Positions 1 through 6,779 of a DNA stretch of 64,000 bases are shown here, one piece after another. The stretch spans positions 32,001 to 96,000 of the forward strand of contig JBBILD010000006.1 of assembly GCA_037445065.1 (NCBI GenBank), given 5' to 3'. Position 1 is the first letter of the stretch; each line of letters begins with the position of its first letter. This DNA comes from Myxococcales bacterium (GTDB lineage: Bacteria; Desulfobacterota; Binatia; HRBIN30). The notes under the pieces were generated by a model. That model was given only the letters and a program-made list of their open reading frames with translations. It ran no database searches and was not told the origin of the DNA. The position numbers and the translations under genes are program-made.

Positions 1-358
1 GAACCGCCGCAACTTCGACCGCGTGGCCCCACTCGACCCGCAGTTCGTGTACCGTCAGCCCGAAGCGCGCGGCGATTTTGACCCACCGTTCTCCGAACTT
101 GCCGCCGTTGACCACCAACACCTCTTCGCCAGGCGAAAACAAGTTCGTTACGGCTGCCTCCATCCCACCCGTCCCGGACGAGGCCAGCATGAGTACGTCT
201 TGCTCGGTTTGAAAGAGCCACTTCAAGCCTTCTTTGGCTTCGGCAAAAATGCGGCTGAACTGTGGCGTGCGGTGGTGGATGAGGGGCTGGGCCATGGCCA
301 AGAGCACGCGTGCCGGAACCGGGGTCGGCCCCGGCGCCAACAAGTAATTCTTGATCAT
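1..358 (-). CDS. Class V PLP aminotransferase (alanine-glyoxylate/serine-pyruvate family), N-terminal part only; runs off the window edge
   Basis: Not in the ORF track. Manual translation from ATG at 358 gives MIKNYLLAPGPTPVPARVLLAMAQPLIHHRTPQF...ASSGTGGMEAAVTNL...NGGKFGERW, typical AGAT-family motifs; GGAGG RBS upstream. Confidence 0.9.
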   Translation of the reverse strand, partial: MIKNYLLAPGPTPVPARVLLAMAQPLIHHRTPQFSRIFAEAKEGLKWLFQTEQDVLMLASSGTGGMEAAVTNLFSPGEEVLVVNGGKFGERWVKIAARFGLTVHELRVEWGHAVEVAAV

Positions 359-401
359 CGAATTTCCTCCCGCGAACGAACCTGAACGTGTTCAGCTCAG
401 A

Positions 402-478
402 GGCCCAGGCGCGCGGCTCACTGAGGGTCAGCACTCCCCCGTGGTCACTTCCACGTCGAGGCGCCAGTCGTGCAGACC
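402..478 (-). ncRNA. ZMP/ZTP-sensing riboswitch (pfl motif)
   Basis: Minus strand reads GGTCTGCAC-GACTGGCG-CCTCGAC-GTGG-AAGTGA-CCAC-GGGGGA-GTGCTGACC-linker-GCCGCGCGCCTGGGC: P1, P2, conserved GACUGGCG and GCCG..CGCCUGGGC pseudoknot partners; lies between a promoter and the aminotransferase start. Confidence 0.88.
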
Positions 479-493
479 AAAGCTGTGGCCCCG

Positions 494-522
494 CTGATAG
501 TCGAGCGCTGGGAAGCTGTCAA
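494..522 (-). promoter_or_regulatory. Sigma70-type promoter for the riboswitch/aminotransferase
   Basis: TTGACA-N17-TATCAG on the minus strand, about 15 nt upstream of the riboswitch. Confidence 0.65.
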
Positions 523-529
523 CTCAGGC

Positions 530-1099
530 TCAGCGAGCACCGTTGACCAGCGTCATGAACTCTTCGCGCGTCTCTTGGTGGGTGCGAAACACACCGAGCA
601 TCGCGCTCGTCACCACCACCGAGTTTTGTTTTTCGACCCCGCGCATGCGCATGCAGAGGTGTTCCGCGCGCAGCACCACACCGACGCCGAGCGGGTCGAG
701 TTCCTCCATGAGAGTATTGGCGATTTGCGTGGTCATGCGCTCTTGCACCTGGAGGCGGCGGGCGTACACGTCCACCAGCCGTGCGAGCTTGCTGATGCCA
801 ACGATTTTATGACGCGGGATGTAGGCAATGGTGGCCTTGCCGAAGAAGGGAAGAATGTGGTGCTCGCACAGGGAGAAGAAGTCTACGTCTTTCATGACGA
901 TCATCTCCGAGTAGTCCTCGGTAAAGAGGGCGCCGTTGATGATCCGTTTCGGGTCTTGCTGGTAGCCTTGGGTTAGGAACGTAAGCGCACGCGCTACTCG
1001 GTGGGGCGTTTTCCGCAGACCTTCCCGCGATGGGTCTTCCCCGAGTAAACGCAGCAGGGTTGCCACTGTTTGTTCGAGAGTGGATGGCAGCTCGGACAT
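530..1099 (-). CDS. folE: GTP cyclohydrolase I
   Basis: REGLRKTPHRV, SLCEHHILPFFG, GISKLARLV, RRLQVQERMT, HLCMRMRGV motifs; start taken at MSELP. Confidence 0.97.
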   Translation of the reverse strand: MSELPSTLEQTVATLLRLLGEDPSREGLRKTPHRVARALTFLTQGYQQDPKRIINGALFTEDYSEMIVMKDVDFFSLCEHHILPFFGKATIAYIPRHKIVGISKLARLVDVYARRLQVQERMTTQIANTLMEELDPLGVGVVLRAEHLCMRMRGVEKQNSVVVTSAMLGVFRTHQETREEFMTLVNGAR

Positions 1100-1376
1100 A
1101 ACCGGCACGTTAACGCATTCGCCCAACGAAGCAACAACGGCTGCCTACGTTCGGATGGGCCGATTGACCCGCCGGGTACCGGTTCTTTCTGCACGGGTGC
1201 GGCCCAACGAGCCGTCCACGTAGGGCTGCTGTGGCCCGCCGCGAGACGGCAGGCGCCAGCATCGCCGGTCCGGAACTATGGGACTGCACGCACCGGACCC
1301 CCTCGCTCAGCCTCCTGTCTTGCCTTTGAGCCGTGCAATGCTTCCCACAGGAGCGAACAAAGAGGGAGGCGGGCCC

Positions 1377-2423
1377 TTACGAGCCTACCGCGCCGTGCGG
1401 CGGGCGTCTTTCTTCCGAGCGGGCCCGCTGGTAACGCCGGTAGTCGTAACCGATGGCCATGGTGCGGAGCAGCGGATCCAACCCCCCGTCCCGCTCTCGC
1501 CGCAGAACCGTGAGGCGATCGATCCAGTTCTCGAACTCGTGCTCGAGGGCGGCCTCGCGCCCACTCTCGACAAATTTCCTGAGGCTGAGGGCGGCATAGC
1601 GAAAAGCGGAGAAGCGCAAGAGATTGGGAAAGGCATCCCACTCGGCCAGCGACAGTGCGCGAGTGCGATCGTACGGAGCCACGATTGCTTCGAACGGCGG
1701 CAGGTGGAAGCGGCCATCCGCGTAACAAAACAGATTCACGGCATTGGCCAAGTCGAGCAGGAAAGGGCCGCGCGCGTGGGGCTCGCAGCCGAGGACGAGT
1801 TGTACGCGCTCCTGGCGAAGACGAAAGCGCCGCGGTCCCAGTTCTCCGACAATGGGACCGCGCGGAAGCTTGGGGTCGAGCGCATCGCTGAGATACCGCA
1901 TTTCGTCGTCGAGCAAGCGTTGCACGCGTTTGTGGTACGGCGGCATCTGTTCGCGCAACTGCGCGTAAAGTTGCCAGGAACGTTCCGGCGCGTAGCGGAG
2001 TTCGCTGCCGCGCCGGTAGGCGCGGGCCGTAGTGTGGAATAGCGCCAGGCACTGCCCGAGGGCGGTAAGGTGCTCCCGCCGACTCGGGTCGAACTTGCCC
2101 AGCTCGCGACCCGGAAGGCGGTGCAGGGTAAATTTTGCCCCTTCCCAGTCGATCCAAAAGCGGCCGGCTCGGTCCGCCAGCGGCGGGTATGCAGGAAAGC
2201 CTTGCCGTTGCAAAAAATTCTGAAAATCCGCCTCGCGCTTGAGTTCGAGTTCGCTACGCTGTGGCTCGGGTCGCAGTGCAAAGCGGCCGCGGCCGGTTTC
2301 CAATAAGTGGGAACCGAGGTCTGCGTCGCTCAGGGGCCTCACCTTGAGGATGCGGCGCAACCCAAAATGGCTCGCGAGTACCGCAACGTCGAGACGGGGG
2401 CGTCGTTGTCCGCCTTCGTTCAT
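1377..2423 (-). CDS. Homoserine kinase type II/APH-fold phosphotransferase-like protein with degenerate catalytic motifs
   Basis: ThrB-II-like layout (G.FALR, E..F..FL...GFP, LA.FH, LPRG, LLDLANAVN.FC), but the HxD...N and DF positions read VGE...R and GC. Confidence 0.65.
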   Translation of the reverse strand: MNEGGQRRPRLDVAVLASHFGLRRILKVRPLSDADLGSHLLETGRGRFALRPEPQRSELELKREADFQNFLQRQGFPAYPPLADRAGRFWIDWEGAKFTLHRLPGRELGKFDPSRREHLTALGQCLALFHTTARAYRRGSELRYAPERSWQLYAQLREQMPPYHKRVQRLLDDEMRYLSDALDPKLPRGPIVGELGPRRFRLRQERVQLVLGCEPHARGPFLLDLANAVNLFCYADGRFHLPPFEAIVAPYDRTRALSLAEWDAFPNLLRFSAFRYAALSLRKFVESGREAALEHEFENWIDRLTVLRRERDGGLDPLLRTMAIGYDYRRYQRARSEERRPPHGAVGS

Positions 2424-2476
2424 GAGTCACCGGCCCAATCCCCGGGGGATGTGTTGCCGACTCCCGAGTGGTCCGC

Positions 2477-2505
2477 AGCATGCCCTTTTTTTGTCCGTTA
2501 GTCAA
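2477..2505 (-). promoter_or_regulatory. Sigma70-type promoter for the kinase-like gene
   Basis: TTGACT-N17-CATGCT on the minus strand. Confidence 0.55.
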
Positions 2506-2983
2506 GCAACTTTCGATTGAAGTTCGCCTTGCCTCAGGGCTGTGGACCAATGTTCCCGGCCTAAGTAAGCAGCGCTTGCATGGGAGCCGCCCCCGGTTTT
2601 CCTCATGGATCCGAGGTGCCAATGCGCATGGGAACACACGGGCGGGAGGTAGCGGGGGAAAACGACTCTCCCGATTTCACCGCCTCCCCCCGCCACCGCA
2701 CGGGATCTGGGAGCGTGGGGGTCATCCCGGCGGAATTTCCTGGACAACGCCGGCCACGAAAGGGTTTCCGCTACACAGGTGGCAAGACTGCTGGCCGAGC
2801 TGCGCGGCTCGGGGCAGGCCCGTAGGAAGCGCGGCGCGCGATGTTCGACGCCCCGCTGCTCCGGGCCCAGAGGCGTTTGCCGCCGCTCCCTGTGTCCTCG
2901 GCGAGCCTACCGATGAGCTGCCCGGCACCTGCAGCGTAAGACACCCCCAGGCTGGCGTCCCGGGGCTGTGGCTGCGTGCTCGC

Positions 2984-3748
2984 TTAGGGAATGCCGAGGA
3001 GTTTGTGGACTTGCGGTAAAACGCGCACGCAGGGGTGACCAGAGCGAGCACGCAGGAACAAAGCTTGGAGGCGAGCCGCAGAGGCAAGCGGCCGCCCGTC
3101 ATCGCCATGAACGGGCTGCAGGAAAATGGGGCTTGTGGGGCTTACCCGATGCACGAGTTCCACGGCGCGGTCAACCTCGGCCTCGACAGTCGCCTCATCC
3201 ACCAGGATTTTCACGTACACCTGTTTTGCTCGCGCCACGGCGAGGAACGCTTCGTGTTCGCTCCAGAAGGGGCGTTCACCGGAGTTACTGGGGAGCTTGA
3301 TGTCCATGCTGACCACGTCCACCCACGCGATGACCTCGTGCAGCGCCGATCCGTGCACTCCGGCAGTCTCGAGCAGCACGGGGCGCAGCTCCCGCGCCCG
3401 CGGCAGGAAGGAGGCCAGAAACCGCCACTGCGCGAGCGGCTCGCCCCCGGTTACGGCGATTCTCTGGATACTCGGCCGAGCCTCGAGGGTTCGCTCGACG
3501 ATCGCGGCGAGCTTTTGCTGTGCAATCGGATTGGGGACCTCCCGCGCTTCCTCCCCTGGCAAGTGCAGGTTGCAACTGTGGGTTCGGGTCAGGCTCCCAG
3601 GCGTGTCACAGTAGCGGCAGCGGAGGGGGCAGCCAGCGAAGCGTAAGAACAGGTGCTCCTCGCCCACTAGTGCCCCTTCTCCTTGAAAGGAAACGAACAC
3701 TTCGGAGAGATAGCCGCGAGGCTCAGAAGGCGGTGCGTGCGAGGACAC
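2984..3748 (-). CDS. queE: 7-carboxy-7-deazaguanine synthase (radical SAM)
   Basis: SEVFVSFQGEG, FLRFAGCPLRCRYCDT (CxxxCxxC), TGGEPL, LETAG, C-terminal PQVHKLLGIP. Confidence 0.9.
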   Translation of the reverse strand: MSSHAPPSEPRGYLSEVFVSFQGEGALVGEEHLFLRFAGCPLRCRYCDTPGSLTRTHSCNLHLPGEEAREVPNPIAQQKLAAIVERTLEARPSIQRIAVTGGEPLAQWRFLASFLPRARELRPVLLETAGVHGSALHEVIAWVDVVSMDIKLPSNSGERPFWSEHEAFLAVARAKQVYVKILVDEATVEAEVDRAVELVHRVSPTSPIFLQPVHGDDGRPLASAARLQALFLRARSGHPCVRVLPQVHKLLGIP

Positions 3749-3756
3749 GGGTGTTG

Positions 3757-5094
3757 TCAGCTAGCGGGTGGGTGTAGGATTGCAATCTTGAGATCCATGA
3801 CGTTGGTGGCCGTGGGGCCGGGGCGAAAGAGATCGCCTAATTTGTCAAAAAACGAGTACGAGTCGTTGTCGCGTAAGTAAGCGGTCGGGTCGAGCCCGAA
3901 TTGCTTTGCGCGGGCGGCACTGGAGCCATCCACGAATGCACCTGCCGCGTCGGTAGGACCGTCTATGCCATCGGTGCCGGCGCTGAGCACGCACGCTGGC
4001 AGACCCCGAAGCAGAGGCACCAGCGCCAGCGCAAACTCTTGGTTTCGCCCGCCTTTGCCGCGCCCGCGCACGCGAACGCTCGTCTCGCCGCCAGCCACGA
4101 TGACCGCGGGCGGAGAGCCCGGCCGCAGCTTTTTCAAGCGCGCGCGCAAAAAGCGGGCAAACGCGTTCGCCTCCCGCTCGCTTTCGTGCCGCAGCAAGCG
4201 GGGAAAAGCGGTTGCGCGCCAGCCGCGCTTGCGGGCCCACGCGAGGGCCGCCTGTTGCGCATCCTGGTTGGTGGCGAGGATGTGGTAGTGGATCCAGTTC
4301 GCCTCGGGGTCCGAGGGTTTGACCGTTTCCGGGATCAAACCAGCGGCTCCCGCCGCCAAGATTTGGCGCGCTGCTTCCGGGACCTCGCGCATGAGGCGAT
4401 AGCGACGCAGAATCGCGCGCGCTTGTTGGTACGTCGTTGGATCATAGAAGGTGGGTGCCGAGCCGATCACGGTCGGGTCGTCACCCGGCACGTCAGAGAT
4501 CGTCAGCGTGGTGACCGGCCCGCCGATGATCCGCAGGAGCTGCCCTCCTTTGATCAGCGACAAGTGCTTGCGGACGGTGTTGATTTCGCCCACGCTGGCA
4601 CCGCTGCGCAGGAGCAGGGAGTTGACGACTTGCTTGTCGCGCAGGGTGAGTGGTAGCCGTGGCGCAACCACTAGGCTCGAAGCGCCGCCACTCAGCAGGA
4701 AAAGCGTGCTGCCGCGAAACGGTGCGCGTGCCTGGCGGATGAGACTGCGCGCTGCCGCCACGCTACGCCAGTTGGGCACCGGGTGAGAGGCGGTGCGAAA
4801 CAAAAGCCGGCGCAAGCGAGCCCTCGTTGCGGCCGGCCCGACCACAAGCCCTCGCAGGTGCGTGGCAGGGACCACTTCCTCCACTGCTGCCGCCATGCGC
4901 CCAGCGGCCTTGCCGGCCCCGAGTACGCGCACGGGCAGTGGCAGCGCCATCGTGCCCGCCTGCGTGCGCACACACAGTTGCTTGCCGTCATAATGCAGCG
5001 CGTTCCTCGTGCAGGCCGCCGGGTCAACCCGTTCCAAGCTGGCGGCAAAGATTTGTTCGAGCGCCTGCCGGCAATTCTCGGCGAGCGGAGGCAC
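3757..5094 (-). CDS. Glycerate 2-kinase (type II, MOFRL domain)
   Basis: GAGKAA, SHPVP, LSGGASSL, NTVRKHLS.IKGG, SDVPGDD, GGET, GGRNQE, GTDGIDG, TNVMDL. Confidence 0.93.
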   Translation of the reverse strand: MPPLAENCRQALEQIFAASLERVDPAACTRNALHYDGKQLCVRTQAGTMALPLPVRVLGAGKAAGRMAAAVEEVVPATHLRGLVVGPAATRARLRRLLFRTASHPVPNWRSVAAARSLIRQARAPFRGSTLFLLSGGASSLVVAPRLPLTLRDKQVVNSLLLRSGASVGEINTVRKHLSLIKGGQLLRIIGGPVTTLTISDVPGDDPTVIGSAPTFYDPTTYQQARAILRRYRLMREVPEAARQILAAGAAGLIPETVKPSDPEANWIHYHILATNQDAQQAALAWARKRGWRATAFPRLLRHESEREANAFARFLRARLKKLRPGSPPAVIVAGGETSVRVRGRGKGGRNQEFALALVPLLRGLPACVLSAGTDGIDGPTDAAGAFVDGSSAARAKQFGLDPTAYLRDNDSYSFFDKLGDLFRPGPTATNVMDLKIAILHPPAS

Positions 5095-5120
5095 GCGCGA
5101 TGACCCTGCGCGCAGGGCGC

Positions 5121-5543
5121 TCAGCTCTCTTCTTCGTACTCGTTGTCGGTTAGGTGGCGGAAGGCGCGCTCGTCTTCATAGCGGCGCGTGAGCTTTTGCT
5201 CCCGTTCCTCGCGGGACTGGCAGTTCACACACAACCGCGTAAAGGGCATGGCGAGGAGCCGACCTTCCGCGATCTCCGCATCGCAGGACTCGCAGATACC
5301 GTAAGTCCCTTGCGCGATCCGCTCGAGCGCATCGTCAATCGCCTGCAGCTTCTCGCGATCGCGGTCGCTGAGCAGCAGGGAAATTTCGCGATCTCGCTCC
5401 TCGCTGGCGAGATCGTAGTTGTCCATACCGCCCTCTTGGAACGCCTCACGACCCTGCTGCGGATCCTTGCCGCGATCGCGCAGGAGTTCGCGTCGCATTG
5501 CTTCGAGTTTTTCACGCGCGGTTTTCAGGAACGCTTTGCGCAT
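5121..5543 (-). CDS. dksA: DksA/TraR family transcription factor
   Basis: Coiled-coil tip DxxDxA (DNYDLA) plus C4 zinc finger CESC...CVNC. Confidence 0.85.
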   Translation of the reverse strand: MRKAFLKTAREKLEAMRRELLRDRGKDPQQGREAFQEGGMDNYDLASEERDREISLLLSDRDREKLQAIDDALERIAQGTYGICESCDAEIAEGRLLAMPFTRLCVNCQSREEREQKLTRRYEDERAFRHLTDNEYEEES

Positions 5544-5575
5544 CGGGTTCCCCCTCGTCCGTTAAAGGGCGCGAG

Positions 5576-5604
5576 ACCATAAACGCAGGTCCGCTTGCTG
5601 TCAA
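5576..5604 (-). promoter_or_regulatory. Sigma70-type promoter for dksA
   Basis: TTGACA-N17-TATGGT on the minus strand. Confidence 0.6.
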
Positions 5605-5770
5605 GAAACACGCATGTACAGCACACCGGCGAGTGCGGCAGGCCGCCCGCTCGCTCCGTCGAGTACGATGCCGGGCCAAGTCCCGTGCGGAGCGATCGGC
5701 CCTAACGCTCTTGACGAGCCGAGCAATTTGCAGGATCATGCTTGTCAGACTTTCTTGTGAAAGAGTGGAG

Positions 5771-5971
5771 ATGAAACGCGCTTTTGTGATGGCCTTGATC
5801 GTTGTTTTTCTGGCGAGTGCGCCACTTGCGATCCGAGCGCAAATGGGGCAAGGGGGTGCCGGCGAAACCACTACAGTGGAAAAGGGTGCAGCGAAGAAAC
5901 ACCACCACAAAAAGAAACACCACAAGAAGGCCAAAGCACAGAAAAAGAAAGCGGACGCGCAACAGTCGTAA
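5771..5971 (+). CDS. Small secreted His/Lys-rich protein
   Basis: GGAG adjacent to ATG; signal peptide MKRAFVMALIVVFLASAPLAIRA; tail KKHHHKKKHHKKAKAQKKK. Confidence 0.75.
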   Translation: MKRAFVMALIVVFLASAPLAIRAQMGQGGAGETTTVEKGAAKKHHHKKKHHKKAKAQKKKADAQQS

Positions 5972-5993
5972 TCACCAACCGAGTTGCTCGGAT

Positions 5994-6028
5994 CGAGAAG
6001 CGAGCAACGAGAAGCGAGCAAATGGAAG
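5994..6028 (+). repeat. Heptamer tandem repeat
   Basis: CGAGAAG CGAGCAA CGAGAAG CGAGCAA ATGGAAG just after the small-protein stop, followed by an imperfect GC hairpin. Confidence 0.6.
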
Positions 6029-6779
6029 AGGCGCCATTCTGAAAGGCGGCTTCGTTTCTGGCGTTTCACACACTCTGCCAATTGGCGTATGTGGCCCGGG
6101 TGTGGCTCGGCCACTAGCGCGGCGATTTGCCGCCGGTCCTATCTTCGCGCGCGGAGGCCATCGTAGGGGTCGTTGAAGGAGACAGGAAGGGGAGGCCGAT
6201 TCTGGCCTGAGGCGCTGCTAGCCCTGGTTACAAGCTTGCGGGCGGATCTCCCGTGAAGGCCGGCCTCTCCAAGCCTCTGGAACGGGGTACCGCCTTCGCG
6301 GGATTTACGGTACGCGAACACGACCAGGCGGCGCGTATGCGACAGAGAAATTCCCTCTCTTCTTTTGCGAGCACCGGTGCGCCGCTCGGGTAGGCCCGCT
6401 GCGCGCTGTGATCGCCCGGAGACACGTTGTTGGTCGGGCCGTCGCAGCGCCATTCTCGCCTGGCGCGAAGACTGGGCTGGGACGGGGAAATCAGCAGTTC
6501 TTGCCAAGAGACGCGCGGCCAGGCCCGCAATCCCAATGGGCTTGTCTCAGGGGTAACTCCAGCTAGCACCCTTAGCTCGCCAAGCCACGACCGCGCCCGC
6601 GCAGGATTCCACACCGCGCGGTTACACAGCTCCCGTTTGCATATGGGCGGGTCGTGCACTGGCAAGCCAACGAGCGCGCACGCGCTCGCGCTGTGCGTTG
6701 CGGCTTTTAGGGCTTTCCGTTAGCGAATGGCCTCCTCTGGCGAGTGGAGTGGAAGCCCCGCCACGGAGTTGGGCGAACG

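Noticed and set aside
23..385. Plus-strand 120-aa ORF in the track
   Set aside because: Shadow of the minus-strand aminotransferase, which has clear family motifs
382..395. Palindrome CTGAAC-GT-GTTCAG as a LexA box
   Set aside because: Spacing is 2 nt shorter than the Myxococcus-type box, and it lies in the riboswitch expression platform, so an RNA hairpin explains it better
2545..2700. Possible 6S RNA, RNase P RNA or tRNA (ends in CCGCCA)
   Set aside because: No TTCG T-loop or cloverleaf, no GAGGAAAGTCC RNase P signature, no convincing 6S closing stem and central bubble
2813..2835. CAGGCCCGTAGGAAGC resembling SRP RNA domain IV
   Set aside because: Lacks the GNRA loop and the AGCAG internal-loop sequence; no long enclosing helix
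530..3748. Complete queuosine or 7-deazaguanine DNA-modification (dpd) cluster
   Set aside because: Only folE and queE are present; no queC, queD, queF, tgt or dpd genes in the window
6280..6370. T-box leader for valS
   Set aside because: GGGGTACCGC lacks the UGGNACC core, no specifier stem is recognisable, and it is about 480 bp from the start
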